A DNA stretch of 64,000 nucleotides, from assembly GCA_965203905.1 (NCBI GenBank), contig CBDBDQ010000005.1, positions 3,360,001 to 3,424,000 of the forward strand, in the 5' to 3' direction. The stretch's first letter is position 1, and every line of letters begins with the position of its first letter. The notes beneath the pieces are model-generated. The model saw only the letters and a program-made list of their open reading frames with translations, was not told the origin of the DNA and ran no database searches. The DNA comes from Spirochaetia bacterium. GTDB taxonomy: Bacteria > Spirochaetota > Spirochaetia > SZUA-6 > Bin103. Of this stretch, positions 28,958-39,290 are shown one piece after another. Both the position numbers and the translations under genes were made by a program.

Positions 28958-29812
28958 ATGCAGATCACGGTCACCGAGATCGGCAACATCCTCACCCGCA
29001 CCAGCGGCTTCCTGCGCACGGTGAGCTCCCACTCGGCACAGCCCTACCGCGGCTGCGCCTTCGGCAACGCGCTGTGCGGCGTCGGCTGCTACGTGCGCCA
29101 CAACGGCCACATCACCCGCGGCCGGCCGTGGGGGTCGTTCCTGGAGGTGCGCGCCAACGCCGCCGCCTCCTACCGCGCCGGCGCGGCCCGCGAGCGGCGC
29201 TGGGCGCGGCGCACGCGCGGCGCGTTCAGCATCTTCCTGTCCAGCTCCACGGAGCCGTTCCTGCCGCAGGAGGCCCGCTACGGCATCACCCGAGGGCTGC
29301 TCGGCGCCATGGTGGAGGAGCCGCCCGACCTGCTGATCCTGCAGACCCACTCCCACCGCGTGAGCGACTGCCTTGACCTGTGCCGCGAGCTGGACCGGCG
29401 CTGCCGCCTGCGGGTGCATCTTTCCATCGAAACCGACATCGAGCGGTTCCCCGGCCTGCCTCCCCATGCCAGCTCCGTGGAGCGGCGCTTCCAGGCGGCT
29501 CACGCGCTGCACGACGCCGGCATCGAGACCGTGGTTACCGTTGCGCCGCTGCTGCCCCTGCATGACCCCGAGCGTTTCTTCGGCCGCGTGGCGGAGTGCG
29601 CCTCGGCGGTGGTGATCGACCACTTCATCGGCGGCGACGGCACCGCCGACGGCGGCCGCACCCGCCGCACCACCCTGCCGCAGGCGATGGCCGCGGTGGA
29701 TCCCGGCTCGATCGGCCTGGCGTACCGGGACCGCATGGTGCGCATCGCCCAGCGCCATCTGCCCGGCCGCGTAGGCATCAACATCGACGGCTTCGCCGGC
29801 CGCTACCTCTGA
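28958..29812 (+). CDS. SPL-like radical SAM protein with expanded Cys motif
   Basis: QPYRGCAFGNALCGVGCY, FLSSSTEPF, SIETD, VAPLLP. Confidence 0.8.
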   Translation: MQITVTEIGNILTRTSGFLRTVSSHSAQPYRGCAFGNALCGVGCYVRHNGHITRGRPWGSFLEVRANAAASYRAGAARERRWARRTRGAFSIFLSSSTEPFLPQEARYGITRGLLGAMVEEPPDLLILQTHSHRVSDCLDLCRELDRRCRLRVHLSIETDIERFPGLPPHASSVERRFQAAHALHDAGIETVVTVAPLLPLHDPERFFGRVAECASAVVIDHFIGGDGTADGGRTRRTTLPQAMAAVDPGSIGLAYRDRMVRIAQRHLPGRVGINIDGFAGRYL

Positions 29813-29828
29813 TTCTCGTTCTCCCGGG

Positions 29829-30229
29829 CTACACATTCGTGACGGTGACCAGGGGCTCCAGGCCCGTGAAGTCGTCCGGATTCCGCGTATACAGAGGAAG
29901 CGCGTGAGCCAGAGCGACGGCCGCGATCAGGAGATCCCCGAACCGGCGGCGGCTCGAGCGGCCGCTCTCCCGGACCGCGGCGTAAACCCGGCCGTACGCG
30001 CGCGCGACTTCCGTATCGACTGGCAGCGGGTCCCAACGCGAGGCCGCCCATTGCAGGCGGTCCTGGCGCCGGGCGCTCCGTCGTTTCGCCGGCAGCGTTG
30101 GGGCCGGCACCGAGTTCGGCAACGGTTTTCGCCGAGACCGCGGCTTCGTCAGCCAACTGCGCGCTGTCGATCGGTCGAGTCGATCAGGACGGACGTATCC
30201 AGCAGACCTCGGGAGACGGCCTCAGACAT
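29829..30229 (-). pseudogene. vapC: VapC PIN toxin with two frameshifts
   Basis: MSEAVSRGLLDTSVLID in frame A, SAKTVAELGAGP in frame B, DLLIAAVALAHALPLYTRNPDDF in frame C. Confidence 0.85.
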
Positions 30230-30467
30230 CGACGAACGGATCGACGAACCTGTCGAGATCGGACCGGAACCGCGCTGCATCCATCCGCGGGCCGCCTCGC
30301 GCGGCCTGAGCGATGGCCTCGCGGGGCACGAACCTCCGCGGCGACACCGGTCTCAATTCGGCAACCGGGGTCCCGTTTCGGGTGACGATCAGGCTCTGTC
30401 CGGCCTGAACTTCGCGCAGGATGGCCTCAGAGTCGTTTCGGAGCTGACGCTGCGTAATGGTACGCAT
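30222..30467 (-). CDS. Phd/YefM-family antitoxin
   Basis: MRTITQRQLRNDSEAILREVQAGQSLIVTRNGTPVAELRP; overlaps the vapC start. Confidence 0.88.
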   Translation of the reverse strand: MRTITQRQLRNDSEAILREVQAGQSLIVTRNGTPVAELRPVSPRRFVPREAIAQAARGGPRMDAARFRSDLDRFVDPFVDV

Positions 30468-30698
30468 GCGCCTATGGGTCAGCATCTGTAGCACATTGCA
30501 GCACGAGGGCCCGTAGGGCAATCGACTGAGTCTCGGCAGACGGCTCACCCAAAAAGCCAAGCGGCTCGCGAGCTGATCTTGCGCATAAATTCGCCGACGT
30601 TGAACGGGTCGTACATGGCTTTCAGGGCGATTCCGGTTCACCGCCGTTACCCGTGCCGAAACACACGGGAATCTCGCTCGTGCTCCGCTGCCTAAGCT

Positions 30699-30914
30699 TC
30701 ATTCGACGTTCGTGACGTACTCTCTTTTGTCCTCATCCCAAATCAAATCGCGTTCCTTCTCCAATTTCTCCTCGACCACGAATCTGTACACACGGAACCA
30801 GTTGGATCTCGCACGACCGACTTCCATGGCTTCTTCCTTGGTGGAACCGCGTCCGATTTCTTGCCCTTCCCCGCCGTCTCCGGGCGCAAGGACCTGAACG
30901 ACCTTGTACTGCAT
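30699..30914 (-). CDS. Small acidic hypothetical protein
   Basis: 71 aa; ATG follows AAGGAGG; lower GC than neighbours. Confidence 0.55.
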   Translation of the reverse strand: MQYKVVQVLAPGDGGEGQEIGRGSTKEEAMEVGRARSNWFRVYRFVVEEKLEKERDLIWDEDKREYVTNVE

Positions 30915-31328
30915 GTTGGCCTCCTTCACGTGGTCAGTAAATGCACTCGACTCGATGCCTCAGCAGCAGGACCGCAACAAGTATCACAAAGTGGAATCCT
31001 CAACATAAGGAACTCCTTGCAGCCGAAGCGAATTCTAAGTCATCCGCATGGGCGATCTCCTCGGTGGTCGGTGGCGCACGTGGTTGCGCTCTGGCGGATT
31101 GTGCTCCTGTACGGCCTCCTTCATAGGTAAACCACGGTGGACTGAGAAAGTGTCAAGGAGATTACCCGAATCCGCGCTCAAACACCAAACTTTCTCTCGC
31201 GACTGTCGCGAATTGGCGGATAGTTCGCGAAATCTACAAGTTCGCGATTTGGCGATGGATCTGGCTGCAGTCTGCTACTGACCGATTGGTGCGGCCATTG
31301 CGTGTAGACCTTGCTTCACACGTGAGAA

Positions 31329-32402
31329 CTACCCTGCGTCGGCGAGGGCCTGGGCCTGGAGCGACAGTTCCGCCGCGGTGAAGGCGTGCTCCTGGGTCAT
31401 GGCGTTCTCGGTCCGGTGCAGGCAGTCGAGGATCATGCGGCCGAAGAAGGGGAACGGCTCCGAGCCGTCGAATGTAAGCACCCGTTCCTCACTGTGGTTG
31501 ACCAGGACTACGCACGGCTCCCCGGCCGGATTGCCGGCGTCCACGTTCTTGCGCACCTCCAGGTAGCCGTCGGTGCCCAGCACGAAGGCGCGGCCGTCGC
31601 CCCAGGTGCGCGAGGCCGCGGGGGTGAACCAGTCGACCCGGCAGTAGGCCGAGGCGCCGGTGTCGAGGGTGAGCGAGGCTTCGCCGAAGTCCTCCAGGCC
31701 CGGGCTCTCGGGATGGGCCAGGTTGGCGGCGCGGGCGTAGTTGATGCTGCCGCCGGCGGCACCCGCGTAGTACAGGAACTGCTCGAACTGGTGGCTGCCG
31801 ATGTCGGTGAGGATGCCGCCGTAACGCTCCTTGTCGAAGAACCAGGTGGGGCGCGACTCCGGACTCAGGTTGTGCGGTGCCATGATCAGCACCTGCAGCA
31901 CGCGCCCGATGGCGCCCTCGCGGATCAGCTCCCCGGCGTAGAAGGTGGGCGCGTTGTGCAGCCGCTCGGCGTAGTAGACCAGGTACTTGCGCCCGGTCTC
32001 GGCGACCGCGGCGCGCACCGCGGCAAGCTGCTCCAGGGTGGTGAACGGCGACTTGTCGGTGAAGTAGTCCTTGCCGCCGGCCATCACTTGCAGGCCGATC
32101 GCCGCGCGCTCGGACGGCACCGCGGCTGCCGCCACCAGCCGGATCTCGGGATCGTCGAGGATCGCGGCCAACGAGTCCACCGGCTGTGCCTGCGGGAACT
32201 GCTCGCGGAACGCCGCCACCTTGGCCGGGTCGGGGTCGAACACCTGCCGCAGCGTGGCGCCGGCCTGCAGCAGAGCGGTGGTCTGCCCATTGATGTGCCC
32301 GTGATCGAGGAATGCGGCGGCGAAGGGGAACTCCCCCGGTTGCACCACCGGCCGCGCCGCCCCGCGCGGAACGAAGAAAAGGCCATCTCGCGGATCTGAC
32401 AT
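31329..32402 (-). CDS. Gfo/Idh/MocA oxidoreductase
   Basis: LDHGHING, DYFTDKSP, GGILTDIGSH, WGDGR. Confidence 0.9.
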   Translation of the reverse strand: MSDPRDGLFFVPRGAARPVVQPGEFPFAAAFLDHGHINGQTTALLQAGATLRQVFDPDPAKVAAFREQFPQAQPVDSLAAILDDPEIRLVAAAAVPSERAAIGLQVMAGGKDYFTDKSPFTTLEQLAAVRAAVAETGRKYLVYYAERLHNAPTFYAGELIREGAIGRVLQVLIMAPHNLSPESRPTWFFDKERYGGILTDIGSHQFEQFLYYAGAAGGSINYARAANLAHPESPGLEDFGEASLTLDTGASAYCRVDWFTPAASRTWGDGRAFVLGTDGYLEVRKNVDAGNPAGEPCVVLVNHSEERVLTFDGSEPFPFFGRMILDCLHRTENAMTQEHAFTAAELSLQAQALADAG

Positions 32403-32593
32403 ACCTGCTCCGGCGCCATGGTAGCCTAGTCGGAAACTATGTCCAGGAGACGAACGAGGTGCACCGATTTTCATGGTCTCTGGCGGCACGGAGTGGCCCT
32501 GCGTACTGATCTGACCATACCGACCACTCGGCGATGCCGTTACCGCGGTTCATCGTCTTCCGCGTCACCGAGTGACTGCTTCAGGCGCGTGAA

Positions 32594-33436
32594 TTGAGTG
32601 CCCCTGACGGGCAGCCGTTCACTGGCGGCGTGCTGTTGTTCGGCGCACACCCGCAACGGCTGTATCCCGAGGCCTACGTCCGGGTGCTGAGGTACTCCGG
32701 GAAGGAGCGACTCACGGGCACCGTACAGAACCTGGTCGGTGACGTGCGCTGCGAGGGTACCCTGCCACAGCAGATCGACGAGGCCCGATTGGCGATACGC
32801 GAGGTGCTGCCCAAGCAGAAGGCGCTCGGGCCCGATGGACGCTTCGGGTGGTTCGACATCGTGCCGGAAGAGGTCTGGCTGGAGGCACTGGTGAATGCAG
32901 TAATACACCGCGCCTACAGCAATTTCGGCGACCGCATCAGGGTCACGGTGTTCGACGACCGGGTTGAGGTGTCGAGTCCGGGCCGGTTCCCCGGCCTGGC
33001 GTCGGCGCGCGGCCTGACCGACCTGGCCAACGTACCGCGGTTCGCCCGCAATCCGCGCATTGCGCGGGTCATGGCCGATCTGGAGTACGGCCAGGGACTG
33101 GGGGAAGGGCTGCGCCGCATGGCAGCCGTGATGGAAGCGAGCGGACGCCGCCGGCCGCTGCTCCGGCAGACCGCCGGCGGCGTGGAGATTACCCTGTCCG
33201 GAACCCGCGTGCAGCCTGACGAATTGCAGGAGATGCCCTCTCTCTCACGCCAACTGTACGAGCACTTGGTCGTGGCTGGCCGGCTGCGGACCGGGGAGCT
33301 GATCAACCTCTCCGGACGTTCGCGTCCGAGCGTGCTGCAGCATCTCTACTGGCTGGAGGCTCGCGGGCTGGTTCGGCGCGTCGGCAATTGCCCCACCGAT
33401 CCGCATGCCTATTGGACGGCGGAGAAGGAGAACTGA
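32594..33436 (+). pseudogene. 5'-truncated HATPase_c_4 (RecG-C-like) + wHTH protein
   Basis: GVLLFG, EALVNAVIHRAY, FDDRVEVSSPG, RNPRIARV, GEGLRRM; the usual N-terminal AlbA_2 domain is absent. Confidence 0.7.
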
Positions 33437-33600
33437 TGACGTGCGACCCGGCGGTAGCGGCGGCGGGCTGCAACGCCGCGACCGGCCGTTCCGGGCTTGC
33501 ACCTGGGGCGAGTTCGTGGCATTGATGGGGGAAGCCGGCGTGCGTTGCGGTTGCCCCCGAGTGGGCCGCCGCGCACGTCCTGGCGCCGGGAGGTGAGGGA

Positions 33601-34623
33601 ATGTCCGAGGCCGATCTGGGGACTCGCGACGCGCGCGGGGAGTGGCAGCCCGCGGAACTGATTCAGACGCCGCCGGTGTTCGTGTGGCCGCCGCGGCCGC
33701 TGGCGTTCCTGAAGTGGCTGTTCGGGTTTCCCGGCTACCTGATGCCGTACAACGTGTTCTTCATGGCCGTGGCGATCGTGTCGTGGCTGTTTCTGACACC
33801 GGAGCTGGAGCGCATGACTCGCTTCGAGCCGGGCTGGATGATCCTCATCTACCTCCGCAACGCGTCGATCATGACCCTGTTCTTCGGTGCCTGGCACCTG
33901 CGGCTCTACGTCCAGAAGGCGCAGGGCAAGCGCTACAAGTACAACAACCGCTGGCCCAGCACCAACAACAAGGCGTTCCTGTTTCGCAACCAGACCCGCG
34001 ACAACATGTTCTGGAGCCTGGTGAGCGGCTGCGGTGTCTGGTCGCTGTACGAAGCGTTGACGCTGTGGATGTACGCCAACGGGCATCTGCCCTACGTCGA
34101 TTTCCGCACCAATCCGGTGTACTTCGTGCTGCTGCTGGCGGCGGTGCAGCTGATGCGCGAGGTGCACTTCTACTGGGTGCACCGGCTGATCCACTGGAAG
34201 CCACTGTACAAGGCGGCTCACTACCTGCATCACAAGAACGTCAACGTCGGACCGTGGTCGGGGCTGGCGATGCATCCGATCGAGCACCTGCTCTACTTCA
34301 CCGGGGTATTCCTGCACTGGATCATTCCGTCGCACCCGGTACACGCAATCATGCACCTGGTGCATCTGGGGCTGTCACCGGCCCCGGGCCACTCCGGCTT
34401 CGACGAGGTGGAGCTCAAGGGAGAGGAGACGCGGCTGCCCAACCACAACCTGTTCCACTACCTGCACCACCGCTACTTCGAGTGCAACTACGGCGGCGAC
34501 GGCTCCGTCCCCATCGACCGCTGGTTCGGCACCTTCCACAACGGTTCGCGGGACGCGCACACCCGGATGCGCGCCCGCACCCACTCGCGCATGCGCACTC
34601 GGACCCAGGCGCGCACCGCCTGA
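33601..34623 (+). CDS. Sterol desaturase / fatty acid hydroxylase family
   Basis: His boxes HFYWVHRLIH, HYLHH, HYLHHRYFECNYG. Confidence 0.92.
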   Translation: MSEADLGTRDARGEWQPAELIQTPPVFVWPPRPLAFLKWLFGFPGYLMPYNVFFMAVAIVSWLFLTPELERMTRFEPGWMILIYLRNASIMTLFFGAWHLRLYVQKAQGKRYKYNNRWPSTNNKAFLFRNQTRDNMFWSLVSGCGVWSLYEALTLWMYANGHLPYVDFRTNPVYFVLLLAAVQLMREVHFYWVHRLIHWKPLYKAAHYLHHKNVNVGPWSGLAMHPIEHLLYFTGVFLHWIIPSHPVHAIMHLVHLGLSPAPGHSGFDEVELKGEETRLPNHNLFHYLHHRYFECNYGGDGSVPIDRWFGTFHNGSRDAHTRMRARTHSRMRTRTQARTA

Positions 34624-34638
34624 ACGGCGCGCCTGCGG

Positions 34639-35646
34639 CTACAGGTCGGAGGCGGACAGCAGCACTTCCATGACGTCCAGCGCCTCGTCCAGGGAGGGCG
34701 GGGCCGGGGCGTCGCGCCCCGCCAGGCGCTGCAGGAAGCAGTGGATCACCTCGATGAAGCCCTCGATCCAGCCCATGCCGTGAAACAGCGGCTGCTGCGA
34801 GCCGTAGCGGTCGCGCCCGCGGCGCACGAGGGCGACCTGGTTGCCGCGGCCCACCTCAAGCTGGTCCGCGATGCCGTACACCCAGCGCACCGCGCGCTCG
34901 CTGCCGATCGCCGAGAGCTGCAGGTCGCTGGCGCCGTGCACGGTTTTCGAGGCGGAGCCGAACGAGCGGCAGCCGGCGAACTGCAGGTAGATCTGGACGA
35001 AGGTGTCGCGGTTCGGAGCCGGCGCGTTGACGAAGGAGAGCCAGCGCCGTGCCGCCTGCGGCCGCTCGCCGGCCAGGAACAGCACCAGGTCCACCCAGTG
35101 GCTGGCGAGGTCGACGTAGGTGTCGAAGGGACCGCCCAGGACCGGGTCGCTCTTCCAGCCCTTGTCCGGGGGCGGCGGATCCAGCACCGCCAGCTCGGCG
35201 GCCGAGGACTGCCAGTAGGTGCCCTCGATGGCGATCAGCTCGCCCAGCTCCCCGGCGGCGATCATCTGCCGCATGCGCTGCGGGCCCCACATCTGGCGGT
35301 AGCCGTGGAGCACGGCCACCTGCAGCCGGTCGCCGTGGGCGCTCACCAGGGCGCGCAACTCGTCCAGCTCGGCGCGGTTCACGCACGGCGGCTTGTCCAG
35401 GACGATGGCGCGGAAGCCGGCGCGCTGCGCTTCCAGCACGTAGCGGGCGTGCAACCCGTGCGGGTTGCCGATGCACAGCAGCGGCAGGTCGTGGCCGGCG
35501 GCCAGTCCGGCGAGGGGTTGCCCGCGGGCCAGCCGTACCGGCGGCTCGACGCTGATCTCGGGGTCGATGATGTCGATGACCGCGAGCGCCTTGGCGATCG
35601 CCTGCCCGGACATGCCGCTGCCCACGATGAACGGTTTGATCTGCAT
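34639..35646 (-). CDS. Gfo/Idh/MocA oxidoreductase
   Basis: IVGSGMSG, NPHGLH, DKP, DLASHWVDL. Confidence 0.85.
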   Translation of the reverse strand: MQIKPFIVGSGMSGQAIAKALAVIDIIDPEISVEPPVRLARGQPLAGLAAGHDLPLLCIGNPHGLHARYVLEAQRAGFRAIVLDKPPCVNRAELDELRALVSAHGDRLQVAVLHGYRQMWGPQRMRQMIAAGELGELIAIEGTYWQSSAAELAVLDPPPPDKGWKSDPVLGGPFDTYVDLASHWVDLVLFLAGERPQAARRWLSFVNAPAPNRDTFVQIYLQFAGCRSFGSASKTVHGASDLQLSAIGSERAVRWVYGIADQLEVGRGNQVALVRRGRDRYGSQQPLFHGMGWIEGFIEVIHCFLQRLAGRDAPAPPSLDEALDVMEVLLSASDL

Positions 35647-35674
35647 GCGGAACCTCGACGCCAGGGTAGCCGAT

Positions 35675-36631
35675 TCAGGTGTGGTCGCGCAGCTTGCTGC
35701 CCGGACCCTCAAGGCCCCACCTGGCCCGTGCCTCGTCCATCGTCAGCGAATCGACGGCGCCGTCCGCCACCCGGTAGCGGTGGCGCAGCAACCGGTCCGG
35801 CTGGGCGACGGTCATGAAGCGCTCGTCGACCGGGTCGGCCGCCGGCTGGAAGCGGATGTCGGAGCTGATGCGGTAGCGATCGCTGGTGTTCTCCAGGGCA
35901 CAGTGCAGGGTGAAGGCGGGAAACACCAGCAGGTCGCCGGCACGGAAGTTGGCGCTGAGCCAGCGGCCGCCGAAGTGCTCGGTCACCTCCAGCAGGTCGA
36001 ACGAGAAGTGGCCGGCGGCGTTTTCCGCCCCCTTGATCCGGTCGCGGTCCGGGTCGTGGCGCCCGTAGGTGCGCCGCAGGCGCTCGAATTCGGGCCGGTC
36101 GTGGGAGCCGGCACAGATCGCCAGCGGACCCTGCGCCACCTCGGTGTCACCCCACGGCATCCAGCAGCTCAGCACTCGCTCGGAGCCGCGGCCGATGTAG
36201 ACGTTGTCGAAGTGGATGCCGGTGCGGCCGCCGGTGGCCTTGATGCGGGTCAGGACCCGCGGATAGCGCATCGCCGGCGCGCCGAAAAGGCGCTCGAAGA
36301 AGGGCAGGAAGGGTTGCTCGTCAAAGAATCGGGCGATGGCGGGCAGGCGCGCGTCCACGCTCGGCGCGCCGCTGCGCCGCCCGATGCGCGCCACCATCGG
36401 GTCGCTGCCGGGCGCCAGCCAGCCCTCGGCGGCTATCCGTTCGACGATGAGGCGGCGTATGGCCAGCACCGCCTCGCGGTCGGCGAAGCCGCGCAGCAGC
36501 AGGTATCCGTCGCGCTCCAGGCGCCGGCGCAGCGCGTCGACGTCGCCGAGGCCGGTGTCGCAGTCGGCCAGCTCACCGAGGTAGTCGCTCGGGAAAGCGA
36601 AGCTGCGGCGGCTCATTTCAGCTCTCATCAT
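35675..36631 (-). CDS. Phytanoyl-CoA dioxygenase (PhyH) family
   Basis: RDGYLLLR, HFD metal motif, WMPWGD, GPLAICAGSH, AGDLLVF..TLH, RISSDIRFQ. Confidence 0.88.
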   Translation of the reverse strand: MMRAEMSRRSFAFPSDYLGELADCDTGLGDVDALRRRLERDGYLLLRGFADREAVLAIRRLIVERIAAEGWLAPGSDPMVARIGRRSGAPSVDARLPAIARFFDEQPFLPFFERLFGAPAMRYPRVLTRIKATGGRTGIHFDNVYIGRGSERVLSCWMPWGDTEVAQGPLAICAGSHDRPEFERLRRTYGRHDPDRDRIKGAENAAGHFSFDLLEVTEHFGGRWLSANFRAGDLLVFPAFTLHCALENTSDRYRISSDIRFQPAADPVDERFMTVAQPDRLLRHRYRVADGAVDSLTMDEARARWGLEGPGSKLRDHT

Positions 36632-36636
36632 GGGCC

Positions 36637-37779
36637 TCAAATATAGCCGGTGGAGCCGTCCGGCCGCGACGGCGAGGAACGCTCCCAGTGCACGTAGCGG
36701 TCGTCGCGCAGCGCCGCCTCGTCCACCTCGATGCCGAAGCCGGAGCGTTCGCTCACCTCCAGGTAGCCGTCCACCGGCAGCAGCACACCGTCGAAGCGGC
36801 TGCGGGCGGCGGCATCCGGCAGCACGTACTCCAGCACCTTGAAGTTGGGTGTGGCCAGGGCGAAGTGGGCGCTGACCGCGGTGGCGAGCGGTCCCATTGG
36901 GTTGTGCGGCGCCACGGTGACGTAGTGCGCCTCGGCGATGGCGGCGATCTTTCGCATCTCCAGGAGACCGCCGCACACGCACACGTCCGGCTGGATGATG
37001 TCGGCGCCGCGCGCGGCCAGCAGGTCGAGGAACTCGAAGCGGCCGTAGAGGCACTCGCCGGTGGCCAGGAGGAGCACCCGCATCTGGGAGCGGAGCTGGC
37101 GCCAGGCGGGAATGTGCTCGGGGCGCAGCGGCTCCTCGTAGAAGTAGGGGTCGAATGGCGCCAGCGCGTTGGCGAGCTGCAGCGCGCGGATCGGCTCCAG
37201 GATCCTGGCGTGCGGATCGAACGCGAATTCCCACTGCTCCAGGGTGTGCGCACGCAGCTCCGCGAAGTAGACGGCGGCCGCCTCGCACACCCGGCCCCAG
37301 CGCTCGGCGTCGGGGTCGAGCCGGTAGGGGCTGGTCTTGAACGCGGTGAAGCCCCACTCCTCATGCAGGCGATGGGCGCGTTCGGCCGTCTCCCTGCCGC
37401 CGGCGCCGCCGATCCCGTGGTAGACCCGTACCCGGTCGCGCGCCGCGCCGCCCAGCAGCCGGTACACCGGCAGCCCCGCCGCCTTGCCGGAGATGTCCCA
37501 CAGGGCGTGGTCGAAGGCGGAGATGGTCGCCAGTCCGATGCCGCCCGGCGGGAAGCGGAACTGCTGATGGATCTTAAGCATCAGGTACTCGATGCGGCGC
37601 GGATCCTCGCCGCCGACCAGTGCGAACAGGTAGTCGGCGATGGGGGGTGCGCTCAGGTCGGGGCCGGTGGAGTAGACCTCGCCCCAGCCGTGGATGCCCT
37701 CGTCGGTGGTCACCTTGAGCAGGACCCGGGGGCGGGCCCCGAGCCGCGTCAGGTGGCTGGAGATGCCGGTGATCTTCAT
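36637..37779 (-). CDS. Mandelate racemase / galactonate dehydratase-like enolase
   Basis: TDEGIHGWGE, DHALWDISGK, YEEP, ATGE, IIQPD, APHNP. Confidence 0.9.
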   Translation of the reverse strand: MKITGISSHLTRLGARPRVLLKVTTDEGIHGWGEVYSTGPDLSAPPIADYLFALVGGEDPRRIEYLMLKIHQQFRFPPGGIGLATISAFDHALWDISGKAAGLPVYRLLGGAARDRVRVYHGIGGAGGRETAERAHRLHEEWGFTAFKTSPYRLDPDAERWGRVCEAAAVYFAELRAHTLEQWEFAFDPHARILEPIRALQLANALAPFDPYFYEEPLRPEHIPAWRQLRSQMRVLLLATGECLYGRFEFLDLLAARGADIIQPDVCVCGGLLEMRKIAAIAEAHYVTVAPHNPMGPLATAVSAHFALATPNFKVLEYVLPDAAARSRFDGVLLPVDGYLEVSERSGFGIEVDEAALRDDRYVHWERSSPSRPDGSTGYI

Positions 37780-37902
37780 GGCGCCGACGATACTACCGCA
37801 ACCGGGGCGGCTTGACGCCCGCACCCGCCACCAGTGGCCGGCCGCATGCAGGTGGCCGCCGGCGCCGATCCGCGCTACCATGCGCGCCGCACAGGAGGGC
37901 AC

Positions 37903-38226
37903 GTGGCATTCTACGAACTGCGCCGCTACCGGGTGAGGCCCGGCAAGATGGATGAGTGGGTGCGTTACATGGAGGAGGTGATCATTCCCTTCCAGGTCGC
38001 GCGCGGCATGGTGATCGCCGGCAGCTTCCGCGGCGAGGAGGACGACTCCACCTACGTCTGGCTGCGCCGTTTCGAGTCGGAGCCGGAGCGCGAGAAGCTT
38101 TACGCGGCGGTGTATGAGTCGGACCAGTGGGAGCAGGAGATCAGCCCGCGCGTCGGCGAGTTGATCGACCGCTCGGCGATCGAGGTGACGCGGCTGGTGG
38201 CAACCCCCAGGTCCGTGCTGCGCTAG
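37903..38226 (+). CDS. NIPSNAP family protein
   Basis: FYELRRYRVRPGKMDEW, YVWLRRFESE; GTG after AGGAGG. Confidence 0.88.
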   Translation: MAFYELRRYRVRPGKMDEWVRYMEEVIIPFQVARGMVIAGSFRGEEDDSTYVWLRRFESEPEREKLYAAVYESDQWEQEISPRVGELIDRSAIEVTRLVATPRSVLR

Positions 38227-38339
38227 GAGTCTGGCGGAGTGGCGCGTCAGCGGCAGATCCGACAGGACTCCGTACGTGAGGCGGGGTTGGGCCGAAAGCG
38301 ACGCCGCGAGGCGCCGGTTTCGGGGCGTTAGCGCGGGCG

Positions 38340-39239
38340 ATGTCGGGGCCGCAGTCGGCCGCTGCCTCGTGCCTGCCGGGCGAGACGTTGCACCTCGGCG
38401 AGCTGGCGGTGCAGGTGTGCGCCGACGCGACCTTCCGGCTCGACGGCGGGATGATGTACGGCACCGTGCCGCGGGTGATGTGGGAGCGCTTCGCCGTGCC
38501 GGACGAGCGCAACCGGGTGCCTGTCGCAGCGCGCAGCATGCTGGTGCGCGGTCGCGATGCCGGCGGTGCCCCGGCGCTGGTGTTGGTCGACACGGGCCTG
38601 GGCGATCTCGCCACCGGCGCACGCTTCCGCGAGCTGTACGGCGTGACCGACCCGGCCTGGCGGCTGCTGGCGGAGCTGGCGGCGCTGGGGGTGTCCCCGG
38701 ATACGGTGACCCACGTGGTGCTGACCCATCTGCACTTCGACCATGCCGGCGGCGCGGTGCGGGGCTCCGGCGCCGCCGCACGTCCCACCTTCCCGGAGGC
38801 GCGCTACCTGGTGCACGGCGGCGAGCTGGCCTACGCGCGCGCCCCCGACCGCCGCAGCCAGGCCAGCTACAAGGCGGAGAACTGGGAACCGCTGGCCGCG
38901 GCCGGGGTGCTCGATACGGTAGCTGGGGAGGTGGAGGTGATTCCGGGAGTGTGGCTGCGCGACGCGCCGGGCCACACCGACCATCACCAGGTGGTGACGG
39001 TGTCCGGTGGCGGCCGCACCGTGCTGTTCACCGCCGACCTGTTCCCGTTCGCGGGCCATCTCAAGCCACACTACGTACCCGCCCTCGACGTCGATCCGCG
39101 GCGTACGATGGCGACCCGGCACCGTTACCTGGAAAAGATCGCGGCCGAGGGCTGGCTGCTGCTGTTCCAGCACGACGCCGCCCACGCGCTGGTGCAGGTG
39201 GACGCCAACCTCGGATTGACCCCGGTAGACCTGGCGTGA
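38340..39239 (+). CDS. MBL-fold metallo-hydrolase (YtnP-like)
   Basis: LDGGMMYGTVP, THLHFDHAGG, PGHT. Confidence 0.9.
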   Translation: MSGPQSAAASCLPGETLHLGELAVQVCADATFRLDGGMMYGTVPRVMWERFAVPDERNRVPVAARSMLVRGRDAGGAPALVLVDTGLGDLATGARFRELYGVTDPAWRLLAELAALGVSPDTVTHVVLTHLHFDHAGGAVRGSGAAARPTFPEARYLVHGGELAYARAPDRRSQASYKAENWEPLAAAGVLDTVAGEVEVIPGVWLRDAPGHTDHHQVVTVSGGGRTVLFTADLFPFAGHLKPHYVPALDVDPRRTMATRHRYLEKIAAEGWLLLFQHDAAHALVQVDANLGLTPVDLA

Positions 39240-39290
39240 CCAGACTGATGCGCGCCGGTTCGGTGCAACCTCGGCGCGCTCCGCGCTATC

